From contig JAKMXF010000022.1 in NCBI GenBank assembly GCA_024704765.1, forward strand, positions 124,001-188,000: DNA of 64,000 nt. The letters are read 5' to 3'. Of the stretch, positions 20,896 through 32,698 are shown piece after piece (within the stretch, counting starts at the first letter, position 1; every line of letters starts with the position of its first letter). The notes beneath the pieces were generated by a model. The model did not search any database. It saw nothing but the letters and a program-made list of their open reading frames with translations, and was not told where the DNA came from. The stretch is from Oopsacas minuta (taxonomy: Eukaryota > Animalia > Porifera). The position numbers were made by a program, and so were the translations under genes.

Positions 20896-22365
20896 ATGGC
20901 GAAACGTCAGAGAACGGAGGCTAGAATAGAGACCCCGAATAACAAGAGAACTTGTGACAGTTCTAGTATGTTAACAACTATATATCTAGTTCGCCTATTT
21001 GCAAGTAGAATTTTGCATGAATTTCCTTTGCCATTACCGGGAACTTGCTAGTAGAGGAATATTGATAAAAGGCGGTGATAAGTCGAAAAGTTCCCAAATC
21101 TGTCAAGAAACCAATCTCTTGACAGATTTGACATTTACCAAATTTCAGAGATATCAATTAATATACTCTAATACGTTTACAAATTACTACAATACTTAAT
21201 GGATCCTTTTAGAGACAGTACCAAGACTAAAGTGTCCAAGTGGAGTTCAATATATTTTACAAGAAAAATTCAAGCGAGATGATCACCAAAGAACAATCCC
21301 ACAACCACCTAAAATTCTGTTCAGACGATTGTACTCCTTCTCCTCCAGTAGTGAGCCTACAATCATAAGCAGTCTGGCATTTAATTCTAGAGGATCAAAC
21401 TTCGCTGCTGGAGGAATCAACAAAAAAATAAAATTATATGATTGGGCATCTTGCTTAAAAGATCAACTTGCAAACCATGACATAGTTTCGAATGAAATTG
21501 AAAACTGTTCAAAAGTAATGTATTTGTAACAAATATAAGTATATGATGAATATTATATAATTTGATCTAGGTCTCTTGTCTATTATTCCGTCCCTCTACA
21601 GATGAACTACTGGTATCATCTTATGATGGTTGTATCAGGAGATTTGATTTGTCACATCCTCAATCCACAGGTGATCCGATATACTGGCATGAGAAGAGGG
21701 TATGGTCAATTGATATCCACCCAGATGGTCCAGATATCCTCGCTTCTGGGTCTGATGACTGCAAAGCTATTCTCACAGATATTCGCTACAGTCAAGGAAG
21801 GTAATGTCATTTTGGAATATTATATGTTAATGAAGAAGTTCAATATTTCTTGTTTAGGTGGCCATCCAGAGTTTTCAAAACAGAGAATAGTGTAAGTTGT
21901 GTTAAATTCCGCGGAACAAACCAAGTTTGTATTGGTTGTGCTGACCACTCTGTCCAACTATTTGATGTCAGAAGCCCTAAGTATGCGCTTATGTGTACAA
22001 ATGAGCATGAAAAGGCTGTGTCATATGTCGCGATTTCACTTGACCATATCGTGTCCGCATCTATTGACAGCACGCTACGCTGCTGGACTGAAGAAGGAAA
22101 ATGCATTAGAAGATACGCCGGGCATATCAATTGTAGAAATTTCACAGGTCTGTCCTGTACACAAGATATTATTGCTGTTGGTTCAGAAGATAATAAGGTG
22201 TATTTTTATGATAAATATCATAGCGAACCTTCCAGCTTTTTCCCTTTTGATACACGATCTGATCACAATACATTTACTGCCTCTCTCACTTTTCATAATG
22301 ATAATGAACACTTGTTAGCAGCTAACAGTATGGGGCGTATTGTAGTTTTAAAAATTGAAAGATAG
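20896..22365 (+). CDS. COP1-like WD40-repeat protein lacking RING and coiled coil; exons 20896-20965, 21213-21514, 21571-~21802, ~21858-22365
   Basis: Spliced translation gives IISSLAFNSRGSNFAAGG, HEKRVWSIDIHP..LASGSDD, VSCVKF..IGCADHSV, HEKAVSYV, YAGHINCRNFTGL and IAVGSEDN, the COP1/SPA WD40 signature. Intron phases are compatible. Confidence 0.8.
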
Positions 22366-22626
22366 CGAGTATTCTTCTGTCTGTACATTTTACACTAAGT
22401 TCTTATCTTGTTTGTAGATTTCATAGAAAACTGATTAAATTCATTCAACTCATAAATAGTAAATAAAATCGTACTAACCTACAGAGTGGCCTTCGTATTC
22501 ATCCTGCATCCCCTAGGCCAGAATACGATATTTTGGGTCCGAATATATTCATAACTTACTTGATAGGGCTGTTGTTCCTTAATGTATACTATATTGTATA
22601 GTTAGGTCGATTAGATCTCAGAAGCG

Positions 22627-24717
22627 ATGCAACAATCAATGGTAGGGTCTCTAAGAGGGACGATACAGAGTGTAAATCTAGTTTGGAGAAAAGAGAAAGC
22701 AACCCTAGAGAGGACTCTGCAGTACTTCGACGAATCTGGTGCAACCGTAGTGCTCGGGTGGAATTCTAAGAGAGCTTTGTACGAGGGAACAGCTGAGTTG
22801 TCTATAGGTAAATCTATATATTGTAGTCTATTTAGAATACATATATTTATATTTCACAACCTTACAAATAGGAAGACATAATGGATCTCTGTTCATATCC
22901 GATCAGGCAAACGTAGATACTACACGAACATTTGAAGTAGACAAACAGAATATTGGAGTTGTACAAGAGATATTACTTTTAATAGATTCTAATCCTGTAC
23001 CACGGGTTGCTCCTATTGATATTCCAACACCTGTACCTATTGATGCTTCTATGTCTCCAGTAGTAGATATAACTCCAGGATTAGTCGATGAAGTGCCAGC
23101 CCTGGGCCCGGGACCAAAAGGTAGTTAATTTGTACATTAAAAACTATTTATTCATTTGGTTATCGTCTAATAGAGAACCCGTTGCCGTTTCAAAGTGGAG
23201 TTGATTATCAAGCTGAATTAGCGATAGCACAAACATATCTCTTACGAGCCAAGCAAGAAAACATGCGTTTATTCAGTGAAAATAAAGATTTTAAAATTAC
23301 GTGTGATCGTATGAGAGATGAGAAACAGCTGATTAAAGATGAGAGCTATGAATTAGACGGGCATCTGATTACTGCATTAGAGAAACTATCTTATTATGAA
23401 CAACAACAAGGATTAATGGATGAGAGGTTTAAGTCATTGGCAAGAGAAACTCGTATCATGCAGGAAGACAACAAAGAAATGAAATTCAAGTTAAACACCA
23501 TGGATATACAGGCTGCGAGAGACCACGAGAATATTAAACAGATGGAGCTTGATTTAGGGCATAACAATGAGAATTTTCAAAAGATTTGTGAACAGAGAGA
23601 TACGCTAATGGCGAAATGTAGTGCATTAGAACAGAATCATAAATCTATTGAAAAGCAAGAATTATCCAAGATTCAGGAATTAGAACGATTGAAAGAGAAA
23701 GAAAGATTAGAAAAGGAAACAGACATTTTTCGAGAAGAGCGTGAGAAGCTACGAGACAAAGATATTCCTTCTCTATTACAAGACAATGCAGAACTTAAAC
23801 AAGAACTCGCTAACAGTAGGCAGCGTTTTCAGGAAGAGATCCAACTCACAAGACAAGAGAGAGATTCAGCCCAGAATGAGATTAGGAGGCTACAAGGCAA
23901 CCTTAATATTGAAGGTAAGAAACAGATTGATCAGATGGAAAATGAAGGAAGAGACACTATACTACAGATGGATCAGTTATCCATACATTTTGAAGAGTGT
24001 GGTCAAAATCTCAAAAAGTTAATCCAGCTCTTAGAAGCAAATATAGAGGCTAAAGAAAATCAACTGGATAGACGGTCTCAAGAGCTAAGAGATGCGAGAA
24101 AAAGAAATGATCATCTGGTTCAAGAGGTTGTTTCTCGTGGACATGAGATCTCTACCTTGACAACTACATTACAGAGCATTATGTCAAACAATAACCAAAT
24201 GACGTCACGAGAAAATATCGATGGTATAGAAAATATTGAACCACAAGCAGCTGCGGAATTCTTATCTCCGGAATTAGATACCATTCCCAAAGTGGATGAT
24301 GCAGTTCTTACTAAAAAAATGATTTTACCCTCTCCTGCTGACCTCATCAAATATCAACCAGGGATAAAAACAATGTATCAAGATCTAGAAAATGTTACTA
24401 ACAAAGTTATAGATTTCAGTGATAATCCTCTTCAGGTTTTGAAAATGAATTACTTAGAAGATCCAAAAACTCACATAGGAAATCAAGTTATTTGTATGTT
24501 ACATGGAGTTTATCTGATCGGGATCTTAAAAGTTGTCTTCCAATATCGTCCTTCGTTTAGTGGACTAGGTGCTCTATCTCCGATAAGTTATGCTGGTATT
24601 GATTTCAATCAGCCAGCTGGTCAGAGTAATGGTGCTTTTAAAGGCGTTAAGTATTTTAACACAAGTGATAAGTATGCGGAGTTTATTGATTTGGAGAATG
24701 TCTATATTCACGTGTAA
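22627..24717 (+). CDS. Uncharacterised coiled-coil protein with C-terminal CAP-Gly domain; exons 22627-22807, 22872-23120, 23174-24717
   Basis: Phase-compatible GT-AG introns, a long heptad-rich segment, and C-terminal YAGIDFNQPAGQSNGAFKGVKYF resembling the CAP-Gly consensus GVELDxPxGKNDGxxxGxRYF. Confidence 0.72.
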
Positions 24718-24917
24718 ATCTGTATGGTAGTTGTATCCCTGAATGGATTTTCCAGTTTTAACTTGGCTCTTTTATATGTTTCAGAGCATATTTCTTTATT
24801 GAAGCTCTAATGTTAATGTATGATTATATAAACTTTATTTGGATTTTGAGCTTTTTATTATTATTCGTAATTTGACATTTATAATATACGAACCTTTTAG
24901 CCGATCACACTACAAGT

Positions 24918-25943
24918 ATGTCACTACCTCGGGTAACCACTAAAGCGCCTCCTAACGTAGATCCAGTTAAGGCCTCGCCTGCTTACGGAATTTGTGCTCT
25001 ACCTAAGATTAATCGTGAAATAAACCATGAAGATTTACACACGCGACAAAAAGCGCTGAATCTGCTCTCAGACATGCTACACTCTCCCAATAATATAGTC
25101 GAGGCTATTAGAGTTGGAATTGTTAAGAGTTTGAAACTTGTGATAAAAGATACAGACGATCACGTCCGTGTAAAATCGACAGAAAACATGTCCATATTGT
25201 CAGGTCATGCTAAGGGTCGAGAAGCCTTACTAGCAATTAATGTAATAGAACCTCTATCCTCTCTATTTGAGGATAAAGTATATCAAGTACGATATTCAGT
25301 ACACAGTGTTCTGGAGACGCTCACATGCAGCGGAGAAGGCGCTATGTATGCAATAGACTGTGGGCTAATTCCTCGCTTCGTAGAACGATTAGAATTCGAG
25401 GAGAATTCAGTGAAGGAGCTTATCCTTGGTTCTCTTCATAACTGCATGACTAGAGATACAGTAGATGCACTAGGCTGCTCAGCAATGACTACATTAGTAA
25501 GTTTGTTGAAACACGAATCTCCTAAGATTCGTGGGAAAGCAGCTAGAGGCATAATGGCTCTTACTTTCCCTCTGAAGGGAAAGGAGTGTGCTGTTTCTGA
25601 GAATGCTATCCCAGATTTAGTGGAATTACTGGATGATTCAAGCCATGTTGTAAGAGCTAACGCTTGTGGAGCTCTTATGAGTATTACGATTACAACACAG
25701 GGTAAAAAGGAGACATTAAAATGGGGTGTAATACCTAAACTAGTCCCCTTAATCTGTGATCCTACCCCAGAGGTACAGCTTAATGCAATTAAAGCACTTA
25801 CCACTCTCTCTGAACATCCAAGTGGAAGAGAATCTCTCTCAGATACTGTAGATAAGCTGACTGACATATCAGCTAGGTCTAGTGACGAGTATATAAGGAG
25901 AGCAGCTGAAGTAGCTGTTAAGACTATTACATGGAAACCTTAA
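24918..25943 (+). CDS. RSPH14: Radial spoke head protein 14 homologue (armadillo repeats)
   Basis: ARM repeats, N-terminal KASPAYGICALPKINRE, C-terminal RRAAEVAVKTITWKP typical of RSPH14/RTDR1. Confidence 0.85.
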   Translation: MSLPRVTTKAPPNVDPVKASPAYGICALPKINREINHEDLHTRQKALNLLSDMLHSPNNIVEAIRVGIVKSLKLVIKDTDDHVRVKSTENMSILSGHAKGREALLAINVIEPLSSLFEDKVYQVRYSVHSVLETLTCSGEGAMYAIDCGLIPRFVERLEFEENSVKELILGSLHNCMTRDTVDALGCSAMTTLVSLLKHESPKIRGKAARGIMALTFPLKGKECAVSENAIPDLVELLDDSSHVVRANACGALMSITITTQGKKETLKWGVIPKLVPLICDPTPEVQLNAIKALTTLSEHPSGRESLSDTVDKLTDISARSSDEYIRRAAEVAVKTITWKP

Positions 25944-26098
25944 CAGACAACATTGTCACTTCCATATTATTGATATTTATGCACAATACATTCAACCTGC
26001 AATCCTAATCGAGTAACTAATCAATATTTGGGGAGTTTTGGAGTGACGTTATTTGGAAAACTATAATTCTAAGTTGATATTATAAGTCATGATAGAAT

Positions 26099-26848
26099 TT
26101 ATTTACCATAATTCTGTTTTGTCTTTGCAAAAGAAGTAAACACATCGAGTACAGATCTCCAGTGTATGTATCTGTGTGTTTGGAAATGATACATTTCTGT
26201 AAATTGTAAGTGCCAAGGTGGATAACCACATGCACTGAATGCTGGTCCGAAAATTATGGCTAATTCTGGAGGTTTGAATTCTGATTCTAAAAACACTTTT
26301 TTCTCGAACTCTTCAACACACAATTCTTGCTTGTGATTTGACAGATAATTTGTAGCTACTTTTGCTATTGCTGGTTTTCCATTCATTCTATCAATGAACA
26401 TAATTTCCAAATTTCTATTTTTCATATCAGAGGCACAAACATCCAGCTGCTGCATTATGGTCTTATTTCCATCTTGAGTAATCTGTCTACTAAACATTTT
26501 TCTTAGATCTCTCAGAATTTCATTTCTTATTTTCTCCTCTATTCCTTCTTCTGAATATAATGTGATAGTTTGAATCCTCAACATGTAGCACCAATTCAGT
26601 AATTCAGCAATAGATTTTGATCGGTAATAAGTTTCATTGAAAATCAACGCTAAATGAGTAGGAATCTTTTTCATTTCTTTTCTACTCCTTATTATTGTAT
26701 GAAGAGAAGGTGCTTGATAGGTAGTGTAAAATGAAAGAATATTTGACAATAACAATATGTATCTGTACAATTGGTACCACCAGCTAGGACGGTAAATAAT
26801 AGACAGGAATATTACTAACAACAACAATAATATCAACAGATTGCTCAT
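26099..26848 (-). CDS. NUS1: cis-prenyltransferase subunit NUS1/NgBR
   Basis: N-terminal TM helix, KKIPTHLALI, PPELAIIFGP..GYPPWHLQFTE, C-terminal QNYGK. Confidence 0.88.
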   Translation of the reverse strand: MSNLLILLLLLVIFLSIIYRPSWWYQLYRYILLLSNILSFYTTYQAPSLHTIIRSRKEMKKIPTHLALIFNETYYRSKSIAELLNWCYMLRIQTITLYSEEGIEEKIRNEILRDLRKMFSRQITQDGNKTIMQQLDVCASDMKNRNLEIMFIDRMNGKPAIAKVATNYLSNHKQELCVEEFEKKVFLESEFKPPELAIIFGPAFSACGYPPWHLQFTEMYHFQTHRYIHWRSVLDVFTSFAKTKQNYGK

Positions 26849-27085
26849 TATTTTCCATCAAATGTATCCTTGTAAATGTTTGAGTATTCATAGTTACAAT
26901 CAAACTAGTGTGTCTTTATTTGATTCGTCAGTTGAATTCATACACTTATACTAAAGAGCAGTGAGAGCTAGGTAACTCTTCTCATTGAAGAAACTTATTT
27001 ATTTCTAATAAATAAGCACAGTTCATAGATAAGTTATATTATTTCAATTTTGCCAGTGTGTGTGTTTAGATTATGATCTGATTAC

Positions 27086-28246
27086 ATGAATTCTAACGAG
27101 AATTTCGAAATGGTATCAAGATTAATTACGAATTTGGAAAAGAAACCTCTCTTAGAGGATAGCTTAGGACCTACCTGTGTTGTCCTGACTAAGAAATCTT
27201 CTAAAGAGGAAGTAGCCCTGTGGTTACAGGAAGAAGGGTTCTTATTAGCCAGGGATAAGCTGAAGGGCATAACAGGCAAAGAACTCTACTCCACTTCTAA
27301 AGAAGAATTCAAGAGGATATTAGGTTTCGCGGAATCTGCTAGACTATTTTCACGCCTCCTAAAGGAGAAGGAGTTCCTCCCAGAACAAGAGAAAACTATA
27401 AAAGAGTCAGATTTTCAGAGATTTATGCGTATCCGTCGTGAAGACGTGGACAGCCGCAACCCTACCACTTCATTAGATGTCCCCTCAGTTCCGCCTAAAC
27501 CTACCCGGCCTATGATCCGTGAAGTGTTCTTCGAACCTGAAGAACCTGTTAGGTATGTTGAGAAAGTTAAGAAACCCAAAGAGAAGCCTTGTGACACTTC
27601 TGCTAGCAAGAAGACTCATTCTAAACACAAGGAAGATGCAACTAAGAAAGAGAGGAGGGTTAGAGAGAGTCCTGATACCTGTGAGAGTGATTCTGGAGAT
27701 GAGAAGAGGAGGCAGAGACGACACAAACTCTCCAAAGATAGGAAGGTTAGAGATAAAGAGGAGGGGAAAGTGAAGAAGGATAAACACAAGAAATCTCACA
27801 AATCCAAACTGGAGAAATATTCTGATTCAGAAACAAATACCTCTTCTGAGATAGAATCTCCCAGAACTCCTCCTAGACGTTCTAAACACAAGAACAGAAG
27901 GAAAGATAAAGATAAAGGGAAGACTCAAGCTAAAGAGAAGACAAAAGAAGAACCAGAACCTACTTCTCCCACTCCTCCTCAGCAGCAGTTTCAGAACTCT
28001 CTCCGCCCCCAGATGTCACCCTATGGACCTATCTCCCCGATGTTACCCCCTCATCTCCCCCCACAATACCCGCCCACATTTCCAGACCCCTACACTAACC
28101 AGCTTATGCTACAACAGGCACAGATAGCACGAGCTGAGCAGGACCGTTTTGCAGCAGAAATGCGCCTAAGACAACTAAAGTCTGGATTTGCTGCTCCTGG
28201 AGCTATGCCCTTTCCTCCACCCATGCAACACTTCTCTAATTTTTAA
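27086..28246 (+). CDS. Uncharacterised protein: EPS8-type SAM domain + K/R/E-rich region + Pro-rich tail
   Basis: SSKEEVALWLQEEGF..LKGITGKELYSTSKEEFKR..ESARLFSRL resembles the EPS8 C-terminal SAM domain. The 386-aa ORF has coding-like composition. Confidence 0.65.
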   Translation: MNSNENFEMVSRLITNLEKKPLLEDSLGPTCVVLTKKSSKEEVALWLQEEGFLLARDKLKGITGKELYSTSKEEFKRILGFAESARLFSRLLKEKEFLPEQEKTIKESDFQRFMRIRREDVDSRNPTTSLDVPSVPPKPTRPMIREVFFEPEEPVRYVEKVKKPKEKPCDTSASKKTHSKHKEDATKKERRVRESPDTCESDSGDEKRRQRRHKLSKDRKVRDKEEGKVKKDKHKKSHKSKLEKYSDSETNTSSEIESPRTPPRRSKHKNRRKDKDKGKTQAKEKTKEEPEPTSPTPPQQQFQNSLRPQMSPYGPISPMLPPHLPPQYPPTFPDPYTNQLMLQQAQIARAEQDRFAAEMRLRQLKSGFAAPGAMPFPPPMQHFSNF

Positions 28247-28408
28247 CTTAGTTTATTCTTTACATACAATATTACGACCTGTATATTCTCATAAAATTGG
28301 GTCAGATTCTCATTTAGTTTACTTCTGTTTTGTAATTTGTAATAATTTATATTTGTTTATTATGAACTAAATTTATAAAATTATTTCTAATTATTTTACA
28401 TTTGAGTT

Positions 28409-31400
28409 ATGAGTCAGAATCTGAATAAACTCAAGAACATCTCTCCAGAACTCTCTCCAGACGAGTTGGTGAACAGACTGCAGTCTCTGGAGCTCATGTT
28501 AGGCAAGATAGATCAACAGGAAGGAGAAATTCCTTCCAGTATAACTAGTCTCTCCTCTCAACTTATTGATGAAGATATCCTCAATCATAAAGATAGACAA
28601 GTACGGTTTTCAACAGCAATTTGCTTAGGCGAACTCTTCCGTATATGTTGTCCACAACCTCCCTTCTCTCTTGAGGCTCTCAAGAGTGTGTTTCACCTGC
28701 TCCTAATTCAGCTGAGAGGGCTATCTAATCCTAAGAGTTCTCAGTACGAAAAACTTTGTTATTTAGTGGAAACTATTGCTGAGGTTAAATGCTGTCTCTT
28801 ATGTTTGGATGTGGAAGGAGGTAATGAGATAGTGCTAGAAATATTCCAGACAGTATTCATGTGTCTACATCAAGATCAGGGCAAGAGGGTGAGTAGATGT
28901 TGGATATACAGTTAACTCTCGTTATATCGAACTTCAAGGGACCGGCGATAATTACTTCGAATATAATCGATGAAGTTTATGTTACTTTGACTCTTTGGTC
29001 ATAATTGTACAATTTCAGATTTATGCGGGAATTTCAATTTATTCGTGTTCGATATGATGGGTATCAATGTTTTCGTATATTACTATATTTATATCAATGT
29101 ATTGAAACAGATACAAGGATTCCTACTTGAGATCCTACACTGTCTGCTTCAAGAGAGTGAGAATCTTCCAGATGGAGTCTTAGAAACAATGCTACAATAT
29201 CTAGTAGAACCTCTCTCCAAGGAGAGACCTGTAGCTAACAAAATGATAGGTAAACTACTGGATAAATCCTTCAATCAGCTGGAGCAATACATTCGTATCT
29301 TCTTCAACAATTGGCTGGTGACAGGTACGAATGAGAGCGGAGAGTTGTCAGCTCAGATGTACGAGCTGCTCTACCAATTACACCTAGTTCAACCCCAGCT
29401 CGTAACTAACGTATTGCCTCAGCTAGAAGTCAAAGTCAAGGGTTCAGAGGTCAAAGATAGGTTAGATGGAGTTCAAGTCTTAACTAAACTCCTGTCTGCA
29501 AGGGACTACCTGCTAGCTAGAAGCAATAAATCGTTATGGCAGATGTTTCTCAGTGAGTACAGCTATTCTATGTATATAGTTACTATCTAATATAAATATG
29601 TTTGTAGGTAGATTCAGAGATATTGATCCTAAAGTACGCTTGTTATGCCTTCAGAGTTGTAAGCAGTTTTACAAGGAATCTGAATTGCTGCCTGATTTAA
29701 TTGAGCAATGGAATGAAAGACATTGTGATAGTGAAGAAGCTATACGTAGAGAAGTTATAAAGCTCGTATCCATGGTTCTAGAGACTCCTGATAGATATAC
29801 ACTTCTCTCTCAGGAGGGTCTTACACGACTTTGTGATATTCTGAGAGAGAGAATGCTTGACAAGAAATGGCAAGTGAGAAAAACTGCGATGACATCAGCA
29901 GCTGTTATCCATCTCAAGATATGGTCAAGTGGTGAAACCCTCGAAAAGATAAGGATCTCTGCTACCTGTGTAGAATGGGTCCTAGAGAAGTTATTACATC
30001 AATACTATCAGCCATTCAATCAAGACAAGTGTTACGTCACTAACCTAATAATAAAGCACCTCTTCCCTGTGATACACCCCCCTACTCGCTATCTCGCTCT
30101 TGTGACTGCTTTCAGAGCTTGTAATGAGAATGCAGTACTTGCTTTGACTGAGATTCTACGCAAGAGAATGGATACAGATGTGTGCTTTAGGAATGTAGTA
30201 GATCCAAAGACACCAGAAGCTGAGAAGATTCACTCAATTGATATTCTGAGTAGATATGTCCCAGAGAGTGAACATCTAAAAACATTTTTAGATATGATAG
30301 AAAATGATAGAAAGCTAGCGAAAAATATTCGCGAATTGCTAAAGCAGAATTTGAGTGTTGAGGCGAGTTTAAAGGTACGTGACCAGATCTTATCTCAAAT
30401 AGGAACAGAACACAAATGCTATATAGTCGCTAGATCAGTCATGGATATATCTGTATCTCCTGTTATAGACAAAGAGGGTATAACTTTATTACTGAATTAT
30501 GTATGGGATGATTTGACTGAGGATAATACAGATGGAGCAGAGAGCACATTGAAGCTAATAAAACTATTTCTACAGAACAATCCAACTCTGTTACCTTCTC
30601 AGGAGTCTTTAAATAAACTTCTACAGCTATGTAGAACAGATGAACATACCGTATCACTAGCAGCTGTAGAATTACTTGCGATTAATGCCGGTTCACTCAA
30701 GAACTCTTCTCTCCCAGTCCTTTCACAGATACAATCTGCAATGATAAGCTTTGCTACTCAATCTGTTCCTTGTTTCGCTAAACACGCTGTTAAATACCTC
30801 AGTATAGCCTGTAAAGATTCACACTCAATCCTACACAAAGTCCTCATGAGACTGCGAGAACACCATATGGACTTTGAAGATGACAAGGTTGAAACAGCTA
30901 TCACTAGTTTTGGATGTATCGCTTTATTTGAACCACAAATATACACGAATAAACTGGCTAAAGAGATATTTAACAAATTTATGATAAAGGAAATTATATC
31001 CAAAGATAGAGAGTCTCCAGTTAAAGGGAGAAGGGGGAGAAATTGGGAGGTAGAGAGCAAGCTGTCTAGAGAGGTACAGATTAAGTTGTGTGCACTTAAA
31101 GCTGTGATGAGATGGATGTTGGGCTGTGAGGACAGAGAAGATAGTAAGATGCTCCCCTGTCTCAAATTGTTCTGTGATATAATTGAGAATGAAGGAGATC
31201 TCATGAACCAGGGATGTTTGCTTTCTGCAGAGAAAGCTTATATGCGACTCAAAGCATCTACTTGTCTCCTCAAATTAGGTGAGTTTATAATTACGTTACT
31301 TCTAATTTAGTCATTAATTATCGAATTATTCCAGGCACAGACAAAGAATGTAACAAAGCTCTAACCTATGATCAGTGGTATAAGTTATCTACTATTATCA

Positions 31401-32329
31401 CAGATCCTTGTCAGAAAGTGAGAGAGATATTTATTAGGAAACTGACAAAAGACGCGAGGTCCTTACATCTACCTCCTCAATACACTAGTTTGTTTTGTCT
31501 CTCAGCACTAGACATCAATATAGAGGTGTATAAATTCGCGAAACAACAATTTCAGAGATGCATTACCTTCCGAAAGCAATTGGTTGACCGTATCGGAGAG
31601 ATGAAAGTAGAACCAGCTCTGATTCTCCCGGAATATATTCTGCCTTACGTCATTCATCTCCTCGCTTATGATGAAGAGTTGTCAGGCCCTAGTCCAGATG
31701 CTATAAAGAAAGCTGAGAAATGCTTGTGGTTCACTTTAGAGCCAATTGTACAGAAAACAAACCGTTATCCTTTCTTCATGAAGCTCCTCAATACGATAAA
31801 ATCTACTAATGAGGCTGTTCTAGATACTCCAGAGAGTACTGAGAGATTGCACTCTATGTGTGACCTTGTGGGTAAGATACTAGCTACTAAAGTACATCAG
31901 ATATCTACAGAGCAATATAGAGACCCTATTCTATTGCCTAAACATCTTTATAAACAGAGTATAATACCACCTGAAGGGTTTATGGAAGAACCTGAGATTA
32001 TTTCTCCCATTGTTAACCACTCTGTGATGAATACAGAAGATGATGAAAGATCTGTTAATGGAACTACAATACAAACTACTCAACAGGAGGATATTATATC
32101 ACACACACCGATTGAAGAACCCACGAGTGCACAGGATATTACTGTAGATACAGATATAACTGATAGCATCCAGGAACCAGATATTTCTGATTTTAATAGC
32201 TCTCTTCAGATTGTGTCTGGTAGGAAGCGAAGGAGAACTCCAAGTGATGCTTTAACAGAGAGCTTCTCTTCAAGTTCCAATTCAGACAAATCCACAGGAG
32301 TACGGAAGAGTCAGCGAAAGCGTATGTAA
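28409..32329 (+). CDS. PDS5: Sister chromatid cohesion protein PDS5; exons ~28409-28888, 29111-~29552, ~29610-31278, ~31335-32329
   Basis: ILNHKDRQVRFSTAICLGELFRI, YLVETIAEVK, LYQLHLVQPQLVTNVLPQLEVK, RFRDIDPKVR, ILRERMLDKKWQVRK, AYMRLKASTCLLKL, ILPEYILPYVIHLLAYD. Confidence 0.93.
28909..29070. mobile_element. Degenerate pogo/Tigger-type MITE in PDS5 intron 1
   Basis: TA|CAGTTAACTCTCGTTATATCGAACTTCAAGGGACCGG is a typical pogo-MITE terminus. A degenerate inverted end (gttcgatatgatgggtatcaatgt) lies at ~29047-29070. Confidence 0.55.
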
Positions 32330-32698
32330 CTACCTACAATATGATATCTAATATTATCTTTTTGATTCAGTGCTCTTATATTGCGTCACCAGTCACTCTA
32401 CAATGAATAGAAAATCAAGTGATACTCATTATTGTGTTATGTATTAGAATTACTATTCTCTCCTCTCAGACAAATGTTTTTAGAAATTGTGTAATTTTAG
32501 TTAATAATTCATGATTGAGAAGTCATTTACAAATTACAATGGGAAAATAGGTCGATTTGCATATTGTATACTCTTTCTGGTTTGTGACATCCTTTGCCCC
32601 CTAAGTTCTATAGATTTTGTAATTTCCTTGCGATAATTATTTAAGATTTTAATAGTTCAGAGAAGTGAATTTTAGAAAATATTTGCCAAAATTATTGA

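Noticed and set aside
20999-21199. 66-aa ORF upstream of the COP1-like exons
   Set aside because: It lies within the phase-compatible intron 20966-21212 and has no homology signal.
21899-22318. 139-aa alternative-frame ORF overlapping the COP1-like last exon
   Set aside because: No recognisable motifs; a shadow of the real WD40 frame.
25436-25867. 143-aa antisense ORF within RSPH14, and similar antisense ORFs in TTC28, PDS5, ALDH, sGC and BACE
   Set aside because: They are fully nested opposite well-conserved genes, have no domain signal, and are expected from codon bias.
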